This document shows positions 15,301 through 31,000 of a stretch of 64,000 nucleotides of DNA, piece by piece. A program made the translations under genes and the position numbers. The stretch's first letter is position 1. Every line of letters starts with the position of its first letter. The notes under the pieces are model-generated. The model was not told the origin of the DNA and ran no database searches. It saw only the letters and a list, made by a program, of their open reading frames with translations. The stretch is from Eledone cirrhosa. Its lineage: Eukaryota. The stretch is from assembly GCA_964016885.1 (NCBI GenBank), contig OZ024744.1:122140001-122204000 (forward strand). The letters are read 5' to 3'.

Positions 15301-18300
15301 ACTTTTATCCTTCCTCAACACATGACCCAACCATCTCACACTATCTCTCTTCACAACATCCATTACTACCTGTATTCCTCTCACCCAGACACTTTCATTA
15401 TTCCTCAACACATGACCCAACCATCTCACACTATCTCACTTCACAACATTCATTACTACCTCTATTGCTCTCACCCAGTCAATTTTATCCTTCCTCAACA
15501 CATGACCCAACCATCTCACACTATCTCTCTTCACAACATCCATCACGACATCTATTCCTCTTACCCAGTCACTTTTATCCTTCCTCAACACATGACCCAA
15601 ACATCTCACACTATCTCTCTACACAACATCCATCACTACCTCTATTCCTATCACCCAGTCACATTCATACTTCCTCAACACAGGACCCAACCATCTCACA
15701 CTATCTCTCTTCACAACATCCATCACTACCTCTGTTCCTCTCACCCAGTCACATTCATACATCCTCAACACATGACCCAACCATCTCACACTATCTCTCT
15801 TCACAACATCCATCACTACCTCTATTCCTCTCACCCAGTCACTTTTATCCTTCCTCAACACATGACCCAACCATCTCACACTATCTCTCTTCACAACATC
15901 CATCACTACCTCCATTCCTCTCAGCCAGTCACATTCATACTTCCTCAACACATGACCCAACCATCTCACACTATCTCTCTTCACAACATCCATCACTACC
16001 TCTATTCCTCTCACACAGTCACTTTCATACTTCCTCAACACATGACCCAACCATCCCACAGTATCTCTCTTCACAACATCCATCACTACCTCTATTCCTC
16101 TCACCCAGTCACTTTCATACTTCCTCAACATGTGACCCAACCATCTCACACTATCTCTCTTCACAACATCCATCACTACCTCTGTTCCTCTCACCCAGTC
16201 ACTTTTATCCTTCCTCAACACATGACTCAACCATCTCACACTATCTCTCTTTACAACATCCATCACTACCTCTATTCCTCTCACCCAGTCAGTTTTATCC
16301 TTCCTCAACACATGATCCAACCATCTCACACTATCTCTCCTCACAACATCCATCACTACCTCTATTCCTCTCACCCAGTCACTTTTATCCTTACTCAACA
16401 CATGACCCAACCATCTCACACTATCTCTCTTCACAACATCCATCACTACCTCCATTCCTCTCAGCCAGTCACATTCATACTTCCTCAACACATGACCCAA
16501 CCATCTCACAATATCTCTCTTCACAACATCCATCACTACCTCTATTCCTTTCACCCAGTCACTTTCATACTTCCTCAACACATGACCCAACCATCCCACA
16601 GTATCTCTCTTCACAACATCCATCACTACCTCTATTCCTCTCACACAGTCACTTTCATACTTCCTCAACACATGACCCAACCATCTCACACCATCTCTCT
16701 TCACAACATCCATCACAACCTCTATTCCTCTTACCCAGTCACTTTTATCCTTCCTGAACACATGAACCAACCATCTCACACTATCTCTCTTCACAACATC
16801 CATCACTACCTCTATTCCTCTCACCCAGTCACTTTTATCCTTCCTCAACACATGACCCAACCATCTCACACTATCTCTCTTCACGACATACATCACTACA
16901 TCTATTCCTCTCACCCAGTCACTTTCATACTTCCTCAACACATGACCCAACCATCTCACACTATCTCTCTTCACAACATCCATCACTACATCTATTCCTC
17001 TCACCCAGTCACTTTCATACTTCCTCAACACATGACCCAACCATCTCACACTATCTCTCTTCACGACATCCATCACTACATCTATTCCTCTCACCCAGTC
17101 ACTTTTATCCTTCCTCAACACATGACCCAACCATCTCACACTATCTCTCTTCACAACATCCATCACTACCTCTATTCCTCTCACCCAGTCACTTTCATAC
17201 TTCTTCAGCACACGAGCCAACCATCTCACACTATCTCCCTTTACAACATCCATCACTACCTCTATTCCTCTCACCCAGTCACATTCATACTTCCTCAACA
17301 CATGACCCAACCATCTCACACTATCTCTCTTCACAACATCCATCACGACATCTATTCCTCTCACCCAGTCACTTTTATCCTTCCTCAACACATGACCCAA
17401 CCATCTCACACTATCTCTCTTCACAACATCCATTACTACCTGTATTCCTCTCACCCAGACACTTTCATTATTCCTCAACACATGACCCAACCATCTCACA
17501 CTATCTCACTTCACAACATTCATTACTACCTCTATTGCTCTCACCCAGTCAATTTTATCCTTCCTCAACACATGACCCAACCATCTCACACTATCTCTCT
17601 TCACAACATCCATCACGACATCTATTCCTCTTACCCAGTCACTTTTATCCTTCCTCAACACATGACCCAAACATCTCACACTATCTCTCTACACAACATC
17701 CATCACTACCTCTATTCCTATCACCCAGTCACATTCATACTTCCTCAACACAGGACCCAACCATCTCACACTATCTCTCTTCACAACATCCATCACTACC
17801 TCTGTTCCTCTCACCCAGTCACATTCATACATCCTCAACACATGACCCAACCATCTCACACTATCTCTCTTCACAACATCCATCACTACCTCTATTCCTC
17901 TCACCCAGTCACTTTTATCCTTCCTCAACACATGACCCAACCATCTCACACTATCTCTCTTCACAACATCCATCACTACCTCCATTCCTCTCAGCCAGTC
18001 ACATTTATACTTCCTCAACACATGACCCAACCATCTCACACTATCTCTCTTCACAACATCCATCACTACCTCTATTCCTCTCACACAGTCACTTTCATAC
18101 TTCCTCAACACATGACCCAACCATCCCACAGTATCTCTCTTCACAACATCCATCACTACCTCTATTCCTCTCACCCAGTCACTTTCATACTTCCTCAACA
18201 TGTGACCCAACCATCTCACACTATCTCTCTTCACAACATCCATCACTACCTCTGTTCCTCTCACCCAGTCACTTTTATCCTTCCTCAACACATGACTCAA

Positions 18301-18900
18301 CCATCTCACACTATCTCTCTTTACAACATCCATCACTACCTCTATTCCTCTCACCCAGTCACATTCATACTTCCTCAACACATGACCCAACCATCTCACA
18401 CTATCTCTCTTCACGACATCCATCACTACATCTATTCCTCTCACCCAGTCACTTTTATCCTTCCTCAACACATGATCCAACCATCTCACACTATCTCTCC
18501 TCACAACATCCATCACTACCTCTATTCCTCTCACCCAGTCACTTTTATCCTTACTCAACACATGACCCAACCATCTCACACTATCTCTCTTCACAACATC
18601 CATCACTACCTCCATTCCTCTCAGCCAGTCACATTCATACTTCCTCAACACATGACCCAACCATCTCACACTATCTCTCTTCACAACATCCATCACTACC
18701 TCTATTCCTCTCACACAGTCACTTTCATACTTCCTCAACACATGACCCAACCATCTCACACTATCTCTCTTCACAACATCCATCACAACCTCTATTCCTC
18801 TCACCCAGTCACTTTTATCCTTCCTCAACACATGACCCAACCATCTCACACGATCACTCTTCACAACATCCATCACTACCTCTATTCCTCTCACCCAGTC
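12340..18900. repeat. About three copies of a 23-24-monomer higher-order unit (offsets 2160 and 2070 bp), indel-free
   Basis: 'ttcctcaaaacatgacccaaccatgtcacactg' at 12341 and 14501 (2160). 'tcacgacata' at 14811 and 16881 (2070). ORF pairs 15429/17499 and 15619/17689 (2070). Confidence 0.85.
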
Positions 18901-19799
18901 ACATTCATACTTCCTCAACACAGGACCCAACCATCTCACACTATCTCTCTTCACAACATCCATCACTACCTCTGTTCCTCTCACCCAGTCACATTCATAC
19001 ATCCTCAACACATGACCCAACCATCTCACACTATCTCTCTTCACAACATCCATCACTACCTCTATTCCTCTCACCCAGTCACTTTTATCCTTCCTCAACA
19101 CATGACCCAACCATCTCACACTATCTCTCTTCACAACATCCATCACTACCTCCATTCCTCTCAGCCAGTCACATTCATACTTCCTCAACACATGACCCAA
19201 CCATCTCACACTATCTCTCTTCACAACATCCATCACTACCTCTATTCCTCTCACACAGTCACTTTCATACTTCCTCAACACATGACCCAACCATCTCACA
19301 CTATCTCTCTTCACAACATCCATCACTACCCCTGTTCCTCTCACCCAGTCACATTCATACATCCGCAACACATGACTCAACCATCTCACACTATCTCTCT
19401 TCACAACATCCATCACAACCTCTATTCCTCTCACCCAGTCACTTTTATCCTTCCTCAACACATGACCCAACCATCTCACACTATCTCTCTTCACAACATC
19501 CATCACTACCTCCATTCCTCTCAGCCAGTCACATTCATACTTCCTCAACACATGACCCAACCATCTCATACTATCTCTCTTCACAACATCCATCACTACC
19601 TCTATTCCTCTCACCCAGTCACATTCATACTTCCTCAACACATGACCCAACCATCTCACACTGTCTCTCTTCACAACATCCATCACTACCTCTATTCCTC
19701 TCACCCAGTCACTTTCATACTTCTTCAACACGTGAGCCAACCATCTCACACTATCGCCCTTTACAACATCCATCACTACCTCTATTCCTCTCACCCAGT

Positions 19800-22700
19800 C
19801 ACATTCATACTTCCTCAACACATGACCCAACCATCTCAGACTATCTCTCTTCACAACATCCATCACGACCTCTATTCCTCTCACCCAGTCACTTTTATCC
19901 CTCCTCAACACATGACCCAACCATCTCACACTATCTCTCTTCACAACATCCATCACTACCTCCATTCCTCTCAGCCAGTCACATTCATACTTCCTCAACA
20001 CATGACCCAACCATCTCACACTATCTCTCTTCACAACATCCATCACTACCTCTATTCCTATCACACAGTCACTTTCATACTTCCTGAACACATGAACCAA
20101 CCATCTCACACTATCTCTCTTCACAACATCCATTACTACCTGTATTCCTCTCACCCAGTCACTTTTATCGTTCCTCAACACATGACCCAACTATCTTACA
20201 CTATCTCTCTTCACAACATCCATCACTACCTCTATTCCTCTCACCCAGTCACTTTCATACTTCCTCAACACATGACCCAACCATCTCACACTATCTCTCT
20301 TCACAACATCCATCACTACCTCTATTCCTCTCACCCAGTCACTTTCATACTTCCTCAACACATGACCCAACCGTCTCACACTATCTCTCTTCACAACATT
20401 CATCACTACCTCTATTCCTCTCACCCTGTCACTTTTATCCTTCCTCAACACATGATCCAACCATCTCACACTATCTCTCTTCACAACATCCATCACTACC
20501 TCCATTCCTCTCAGCCAGTCACATTCATACTTCCTCAACGCATGACCCAACCATCTCACACTATCTCTCTTCACAACATCCATCACTACCTCTGTTCCTC
20601 TTACCCAGTCAAGTTTATCCTTCCTTAACACATGACCCAACCATCTCACACTATCTCTCTTCACAACATTCATTACTACTTGTATTCCTCTCACCCATTC
20701 ACTTTCATACTTCCTCAACACATGACCCAACCATCTCACACTATCTCACTTCACAACATCCATTACTACCTCTATTGCTCTCACCCAGTCAATTTTATCC
20801 TTCCTCAACACATGACCCAACCATCTCACACTATCTCTCTTCACAACATCCATCACTACCTCTATTCCTCTCACCCAGTCACATTCATACTTCCTCAACA
20901 CATGACCCAACCATCTCAGACTGTCTCTCTTCACAACATCCATCACTACCTCTATTCCTCTCACCCAGTCACTTTTATACTTCCTCAACACATGACCCAA
21001 CCATCTCACACTATCTCTCTTCACAACATCCATCACTACCTCTATTCCTCTCATCCAGTCACTTTTATCCTCCCTCAACACATGACCAAACCATCTCACA
21101 CTATCTCTCTTCACAACATCCATCACTACCTCTATTCCTCTCACCCTGTCACTTTTATCCTTCCTCAACACATGACCCAACCATCTCACACTATCTCTGT
21201 TCACAACATCCATCACTACCTCTATTCCTTTCACCCAGTCACTTTTATCCTTCCTCAACACATGACCCAACCATCTCACACTATCTCTCTTCACAACATC
21301 CATCACTACCTCCATTCCTCTCAGCCAGTCACATTCATACTTCCTCAACACATGACCCAACCATCTCACACTATCTCTCTTCACAACATCCATCACTACC
21401 TCTATTCCTCTCACCCAGTCACATTCATACTTCCTCAACACATGACCCAACCATCTCACACTATCTCTCTTCACAACATCCATCACTACCTTTATTCCTC
21501 TCACACAGTCACTTTCATACTTCCTCAACACATGGCCCAACCATCTCACACTATCTCTCTTCACAACATCCATCACAACATCTATTCCTCTTGCCCAGTC
21601 ATTTTTATCCTTCCTGAACACATGAACCAACCATCTCACACTATCTCTCTTCACATCATCCATTACTACCTGTATTCCTCTCACCCAGTCACTTTCATAC
21701 TTCCTCAACACATGACCCAACCATCTCACACTATCTCACTTCACAACATCCATTACTACCTCTATTGCTCTCACCCAGTCACTTTTATCCTTCCTCAACA
21801 CATGACCCAACCATCTCACACTATCTCTCTTCACAACATCCATCACTACCTTTATTCCTCTCACCCAGTCACATTCATACTTCCTCAACACATGACCCAA
21901 CCATCTCACACTGTCTCTCTTCACAACATCCATCACTACCTCTATTCCTCTCACCCAGTCACTTTTATACTTCCTCAACACATGACCCAACCATCTCACA
22001 CTATCTCTCTTCACAACATCCATCACTACCTCTATTCCTCTCACCCAGTCATTTTATCCTTCCTCAACACATGACCCAACCATCTCACACTATCTCTCTT
22101 CACAACATCCATCACTACCTCTATTCCTCTCACCCAGTCACTTTTATCCTTCCTCAACACACGACCCAACCATCTCACACTATCTCTCTTCACAACATCC
22201 ATCACTACCTCTATTCCTCTCACCCAGTCACTTTTATCCTTCCTCAACACATGACCCAACCATCTCACACTATCTCTCTTCACAACATCCATCACTACCT
22301 CCATTCCTCTCAGCCAGTCACATTCATACTTCCTCAACACATGACCCAACCATCTCACACTATCTCTCTTCACAACATCCATCACTACCTCTATTCCTCT
22401 CACCCAGTCACATTCATACTTCCTCAACACATGACCCAACCATCTCACACTGTCTCTCTTCACAACATCCATCACTACCTCTATTCCTCTCACCCAGTCA
22501 CTTTCATACTTCCTCAACACATGACCCAACCATCTCAGACTATCTCTCTTCACAACATCCATCACGACCTCTATTCCTCTCACCCAGTCACTTTTATCCT
22601 TCCTCAACACATGACCCAACCATCTCACACTATCTCTCTTCACAACATCCATCACTACCTCCATTCCTCTCAGCCAGTCACATTCATACTTCCTCAACAC

Positions 22701-25000
22701 ATGACCCAACCATCTCACACTATCTCTCTTCACAACATCCATCACTACCTCTATTCCTATCACACAGTCACTTTCATACTTCCTGCACACATGAACCAAC
22801 CATCTCACACTATCTCTCTTCACAACATCCATTACTACCTGTATTCCTCTCACCCAGTCACTTTTATCCTTCCTCAACACATGACCCAACTATCTCACAC
22901 TATCTCTCTTCACAACATCCATCACTACCTCTATTCCTCTCACCCAGTCACTTTCATACTTCCTCAACACATGACCCAACCATCTCACACTATCTCTCTT
23001 CACAACATCCATCACTACCTCTATTCCTCTCACCCAGTCGCTTTCATACTTCTTCAACACATGAGCCAACCATCTCACACTATCTCCCTTTACAACATCC
23101 ATCACTACCTCTATTCCTCTCATCCAGTCACATTCATACTTCCTCAACACATGACCCAACCATCTCACACTATCTCTATTCACAACATCCATCACGACCT
23201 CTATTCCTCTCACCCAGTCACTTTTATCCTTCCTCAACACATGATCCAACCATCTCACACTATCTCTCTTCACAACATCCATCACTACCTCCATTCCTCT
23301 CAGCCAGTCACATTCATACTTCCTCAACACATGACCCAACCATCTCACACTATCTCTCTTCACAACATCCATCACTACCTCTGTTCCTCTTACCCAGTCA
23401 AGTTTATCCTTCCTTAACACATGACCCAACCATCTCACACTATCTCTCTTCACAACATTCATTACTACCTGTATTCCTCTCACCCATTCACTTTTATCCT
23501 TCCTCAACACATGATCCAACCATCTCACACTATCTCTCTTCACAACATTTCATCACTACCTCTATTCCTCTCACCCATTCACTTTCATACTTCCTCAACA
23601 CATGACCCAACCATCTCACACTATCTCACTTCACAACATCCATTACTACCTCTATTGCTCTCACCCAGTCAATTTTATCCTTCCTCAACACATGACCCAA
23701 CCATCTCACACTATCTCTCTTCACAACATCCATCACTACCTCTATTCCTCTCAACCAGTCACATTCATACTTCCTCAACACATGACCCAACCATCTCAGA
23801 CTGTCTCTCTTCACAACATCCATCACTACCTCTATTCCTCTCACCCAGTCACTTTTATACTTCCTCAACACATGACCCAACCATCTCACACTATCTCTCT
23901 TCACAACATCCATCACTACCTCTATTCCTCTCATCCAGTCACTTTTATCCTCCCTCAACACATGACCAAACCATCTCACACTATCTCTCTTCACAACATC
24001 CATCACTACCTCTATTCCTCTCACCCTGTCACTTTTATCCTTCCTCAACACATGACCCAACCATCTCACACTATCTCTGTTCACAACATCCATCACTACC
24101 TCTATTCCTTTCACCCAGTCACTTTTATCCTTCCTCAACACATGACCCAACCATCTCACACGATCACCCTTCACAACATCCATCACTACCTCTATTCCTC
24201 TCACCCAGTCACTTTCATACTTCCTCAACACATGACCCAACCATCTCACACTATCTCTCTTCACAACATCCATCACTACCTTTATTCCTCTCACACAGTC
24301 ACTTTCATACTTCCTCAACACATGACCCAACCATCTCACACTATCTCTCTTCACAACATCCATCACAACATCTATTCCTCTTGCCCAGTCATTTTTATCC
24401 TTTCTGAACACATGAACCAACCATCTCACACTATCTCTCTTCACATCATCCATTACTACCTGTATTCCTCTCACCCAGTCACTTTCATACTTCCTCAACA
24501 CATGACCCAACCATCTCACACTATCTCACTTCACAACATCCATTACAACCTCTATTGCTCTCACCCAGTCACTTTTATCCTTCCTCAACACATGACCCAA
24601 CCATCTCACACTATCTCTCTTCACAACATCCATCACTACCTCTATTCCTCTCACCCAGTCACATTCATACTTCCTCAACACATGACCCAACCATCTCACA
24701 CTGTCTCTCTTCACAACATCCATCACTACCTCTATTCCTCTCACCCAGTCACTTTTATACTTCCTCAACACATGACCCAACCATCTCACACTATCTCTCT
24801 TCACAACATCCATCACTACCTCTATTCCTCTCACCCAGTCATTTTATCCTTCCTCAACACATGACCCAACCATCTCACACTATCTCTCTTCACAACATCC
24901 ATCACTACCTCTATTCCTCTCACCCAGTCACTTTTATCCTTCCTCAACACATGACCCAACCATCTCACACTATCTCTCTTCACAACATCCATCACTACCT
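19800..25000. repeat. Imperfect duplication of about 30-32 monomers (offsets 2699-2880, mostly 2790 bp)
   Basis: ORF pairs 21736/24526, 21765/24555 and 22041/24831 (2790); 20632/23421 (2789); 20191/22890 (2699). Shared rare variants are 'ttgcccagtcatttt', 'ccttaacac' and the -1 'gtcattttatcc'. Confidence 0.85.
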
Positions 25001-28000
25001 CTATTCCTCTCACCCAGTCACTTTTATCCTTCCTCAACACATGACCCAACCATCTCACACGATCACTCTTCACAACATCCATCACTACCTCTATTCCTCT
25101 CACCCAGTCACTTTCATACTTCCTCAACACATGACCCAACCATCTCACACTATCTCTCTTCACGACATCCATCACTACATCTATTCCTCTCACCCAGTCA
25201 CTTTTATCCTTCCTCAACACATGACCCAACCATCTCACACTATCTCTCTTCACAACATCCATCACTACCTCTATTCCTCTCACCCAGTCACTTTCATACT
25301 TCTTCAACACATGAGCCAACCATCTCACACTATCTCCCTTTACAACATCCATCACTACCTCTATTCCTCTCACCCAGTCACATTCATACTTCCTCAACAC
25401 ATGACCCAACCATCTCAGACTATCTCTCTTCACAACATCCATCACGACCTCTATTCCTCTCACCCAGTCACTTTTATCCTTCCTCAACACATGACCCAAC
25501 CATCTCACACTATCTCTCTTCACAACATCCATCACTACCTCCATTCCTCTCAGCCAGTCACAGTCATACTTCCTCAACACATGACCCAACCATCTCACAC
25601 TATCTCTCTTCACAAAATCCATCACTACCTCTGTTCCTCTTACCCAGTCAAGTTTATCCTTCCTCAACACATGACCCAACCATCTCACACGATCACCCTT
25701 CACAACATCCATCACTACCTCTATTCCTCTCACCCAGTCACTTTCATACTTCCTCAACACATGACCCAACCATCTCACACTGTCTCTCTTCACAACATCC
25801 ATCACTACGTCTATTCATCTCACCCAGTCACTTTCATACTTCCTCAACATATGACCCAACCATCTCACACTATCTCTCTTCACAACATCCATCAAAACCT
25901 CTATTCCACTCACCCAGTCACTTTCATACTTCCTCAACACATGATCTAACCATCTCACACTATCTCTCTTCACAACATCCATCACTACCTCCATTCCTCT
26001 CACCCAGTAACTTTTATCCTTCCTCAACACATGACCCAACCATCTCACACTATCTCTCTACACAACATCCATCACTACCTCTATTCCTATCACCCAGTCA
26101 CATTCATACTTCCTCAACACAGGACCCAACCATCTCACACTATCTCTCTTCACAACATCCATCACTACCTCTGTTTCTCTCACCCAGTCACATTCATACA
26201 TCCTCAACACATGACCCAACCATCTCACACTATCTCTCTTCACAACATCCATCACTACCTCTATTCCTCTCACCCTGTCACTTTCATACTTCCTCAACAC
26301 ATGACCCAACCATCCCACAGTGTCTCTCTTCACAACATCCATCACTACCTCTATTCCTCTAACCCAGTCACTTTCATACTTCCTCAACATATGACCCAAC
26401 CATCTCACACTATCTCTCTTCACAACATCCATCACTACCTCTGTTCCTCTCACCCAGTCACTTTTATCCTTCCTCAACACATGACCCAACCATCTCACAC
26501 TATCTCTCTTTACAACATCCATCACTACCTCTATTCCTCTCACCCAGTCACTTTTATCCTTCCTCAACACATGATCCAACCATCTCACACTATCTCACTT
26601 TACAACATCCATCACTACCTCTATTCCTCTTACCCAGTCACTTTTATCCTTCCTGAACACATGAACCAACCATCTCACACTATCTCTCTTCACAACATCC
26701 ATTACTACCTGTATTCCTCTCACCCAGTCACTTTCATACTTCCTCAACACATGACCCAACCATCTCACACTATCTCACTTCACAACATCCATTACTACCT
26801 CTATTGCTCTCACCCAGTCACTTTTATCCTTCCTCAACACATGACCCAAGCATCTCACACTATCTCTCTTCACAACATCCATCACTACCTCTATTCCTCT
26901 CACCCAGTCACATTCATACTTCCTCAACACATGACCCAACCATGTCACACTGTCTCTCTTCACAACATCCATCACTACCTCTATTCCTCTCACCCAGTCA
27001 CTTTTATCCTTCCTCAACACATGACCCAACCATCTCACCCTATCTCTCTTCACAACATCCATCACTACCTCTATTCCTCTCACCCAGTCACTTTTATCCT
27101 TCCTCAACACATGACCCAACTAACTCACACTATCTCTCTTCACAACATCCATCACTACCTCTATTCCTCTCACCCAGTCACTTTTATCCTTCCTCAACAC
27201 ATGACCCAACTATCTCACACGATCACTCTTCACAACATCCATCACTACCTCTATTCCTCTCATCCAGTCACTTTTATCCTTCCTCAACACATGACCAAAC
27301 CATCTCACACTATCTCTCTTCACAACATCCATCACTACCTCTATTCCTCTCACCCTGTCACTTTTATCCTTCCTCAACACATGACCCAACCATCTCACAC
27401 TATCTCTCTTCACAACATCCATCACTACCTCTATTCCTTTCACTCAGTCACTTTTATCCTTCCTCAACACATGACCCAACCATCTCATACGATCACCCTT
27501 CACAACATCCATCACTACCTCTATTCCTCTCACCCAGTCACTTTCATACTTCCTCAACACATGACCCAACCATCTCACACTATCTCTCTTCACAACATCC
27601 ATCACTACCTCTATTCCTCTCACCCAGTCACTTTCATACTTCCTCAACACATGATCTAACCATCTCACACTATCTCTCTTCACAACATCCATCACTACCT
27701 CCATTCCTCTCAGCCAGTCACTTTTATCCTTCCTCAACACATGACCCAACCATCTCACACTATCTCTCTTCACAACATCCATCAGTACCTCTATTCCTCT
27801 CACCCAGTCACTTTCATACTTCCTCAACACATGACCCAACCATCTCACACTATCTCTCTTTGCAACATCCATCACTACCTCTATTCCTCTCACCCAGTCA
27901 CTTTTATCCTTCCTCAACACATGACCCAACCATCTCACACTATCTCTGTTCACAACATCCATCACTACCTCTATTTCTCTCACCCAGTCACTTTTATCCT

Positions 28001-31000
28001 TCCTCAACACATGACCCAACCATCTCACACTATCTCTCTTCACAACATCCATCACTACCTCCATTCCTGCCAGCCAGTCACATTCATACTTCCTCAACAC
28101 ATGACCCAACCATCTCACACTATCTCTCTTCACATCATCCATCAATAACTTTATTCCTCTCACACAGTCACTTTCATACTTCCTCAACACATGACCCAAC
28201 CATCTCACACAATCTCTCTTCACAAAATCCATCACTACCTCTGTTCCTCTCACCTAGTCACTTTCATACTTCCTCAACACATGACCCAACTATCTCACAC
28301 TATCTCTAATAACAACATCCATTACTACCTCTGTTCCTCTCACCAAGTCTCTTTAACCTTCCTCAACACATGACCCAACCATCTCACACTATTTCTCTTC
28401 ACAACATCGATCACTACCTCTATTCCTCTCACCCAGTCACTTTCATACTTCCTCAACACATGACCCAACCATCTCACACTATCTCTCTTCACAACATCCA
28501 TCACAACCTCTATTCCTCTTACCCAGTCACATTTATCCTTCCTGAACACATGAGCCAACCATCTCACACTATCTCTCTTCACAACATCCATTACTACCTC
28601 TATTCCTCTCACCTCCCAGTCACTTTTATCCTTGCTCAACACATGACCCAACCATCTCACACTATCTCTCTTCACAACATCCATTACTACCTCTATTGCT
28701 CTCACCCAGTCACTTTTATCCTTCCTCAACACATGACCCAACCATCTCACACTATCTCTCCTCACAACATCCATCACTACCTCTATTCCTCTCACCCAGT
28801 CACGTTCATACTTTCTCAACACATGACCCAACCATCTCACACTGTCTCTCTTCACAACATCCATCACTACCTCTATACTTCTCACCTCCCAGTCACTTTT
28901 ATCCTTCCTCAACACATGACCCAACCATCTCACACAATCTCTCTTCACAAAATCCATCACTACCTCTGTTCCTCTCACCCAGTCACTTTCATACTTCCTC
29001 AACACATGACCCAACCATCTTATACTATCTCTCTTCACAACATCCATCACTACCTCTATTCCTCTCACCCAGTCACTTTTATCCTTCCTCAACACATGAC
29101 CCAACCATCTCACTATCTCTCTTCACAACATCCATCACTACCTCTATTCCTCTCACCCAGTCACTTTCATACTTCCTCAACACATGACCCAACAATCTCA
29201 CATTATCTCTCTTTTCAACATCCATCACTACCTCTAATCCTCTCACCCAGTCACTTTCATACTTCCTCAACACATGACCCAACCATCTCAAACTATCTCT
29301 CTTCACAACATCCATCACAACCTCTATTCCTCTTACCCAGTCAATTTTATCCTTCCAGAACACATGACCCAACTATCTCACACTATCTCTCTTCACAACA
29401 TACATCACTACCTCTATTCCTCTCACCCAGTCACTTTTATCCTTCCTCAACACATGACCCAACCATCTCACACTATCTCTCTTCACAACATCCATCACTA
29501 CCTCTATTCCTCTCACCCAGTCACTTTTATCCTTCCTCAACACATGACCCAACTAACTCACACTATCTCTCTTCACAACATCCATCACTACCACTATTCC
29601 TCTCACCCAAGTCACTTTTATCCTTCCTCAACACATGACCCAACCATCTCACACGATCACTCTTCACTACATCCATCACTACCTCTATTCCTCTCATCCA
29701 GTCACTTTTATCCTTCCTCAACACATGACCAAACCATCTCACACTATCTCTCTTCACAACATCCATCACTACCTCTATTCCTCTCACCCTGTCACTTTTA
29801 TCCTTCCTCAACACATGACCCAACCATCTCACACTATCTCTCTTCACAACATCCGTCACTACCTCTATTCCTTTCACTCAGTCACTTTTATCCTTCCTCA
29901 ACACATGACCCAACCATCTCACACGATCACCCTTCACAACATCCATCACTACCTCTATTCCTCTCACCCAGTCACTTTCATACTTCCTCAACACATGACC
30001 CAACGATCTCACACTATCTCTCTTCACAACATCCAGCACTACCTCTGTTCCTCTCACCCAGTCACTTTTATCCTTCCTCAACACATGACCCAACCATCTC
30101 ACACTATCTCTCTTTACAACATCCATCACTACCTCTATTCCTCTCACCCAGTCACTTTTATCCTTCCTCAACACATGATCCAACCATCTCACACTATCTC
30201 TCCTCACAACATCCATCACTACCTCTATTCCTCTCACACAGTCACTTTCATACTTCCTCAACACATGACCCAACCATCTTACACTATCTCTCTTCACAAT
30301 ATCTATTACTACCTCTGTTCCTCTCACCAAGTCTCTTTACTCTTTCTCAACACATGACCCAACCATCTCACACTATCTCTCTTCACAACATCCATCACTA
30401 CCTCTATTCCTCTCACCCAGTCACTTTTATACTTCCTCAACACATGACCCAACCATCTCACACAATCCCTCTTCACAACATCCATCACTACCTCTGTTCC
30501 TCTCACCCAGTCACTTTCATAATTCCTCAACACATGACCCAACCATCTCACACTATTTCTAATCACAACATCCATTACTACCTCTGTTCCTCTCACCAAG
30601 TCTCTTTAACCTTCCTCAACACATGACCCAACCATCTCACACTATTTCTCTTCACAACACCCATCACTACCTCTATTGCTCTCACCCAGTCACTTTTATC
30701 CTTCCTCAACACATGACCCAACCATCTCACACTATCTCTCCTCACAACATCCATCACTACCTCTATTCCTCTCACCCAGTCACTTTCATACTTCCTCAAC
30801 ACATGACCCAACCATCTCACACTGTCTCTCTTCACAACATCCATCACTACGTTTATTCATCTCACCCAGTCAATTTTATACTTGCTCAACACATGACCCA
30901 ACCATCTCACACTATCTCTCTTCACAACATCGATCACTACCTCTATTCCTCTCACCCAGTAACTTTCATACTTCCTCAACACATGATCTAACCATCTCAC

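Noticed and set aside
12169-20628. 2819-aa His/Ser/Pro-rich ORF as a real metal-binding or structural repeat protein
   Set aside because: It has no unique N- or C-terminus or signal peptide, and it starts and ends inside the array. The strand is nearly G-free, so TAG and TGA are rare, and two + frames are open at once. The same frame is broken by frameshifts and TAA elsewhere in the array.
28340-30610. 'KETW' at the ends of some minus-strand ORFs resembling the RTE 'RGRPKKTW' motif
   Set aside because: It arises from a frameshifting variant of the normal monomer ('caccaagtctcttta'), not from additional LINE sequence.
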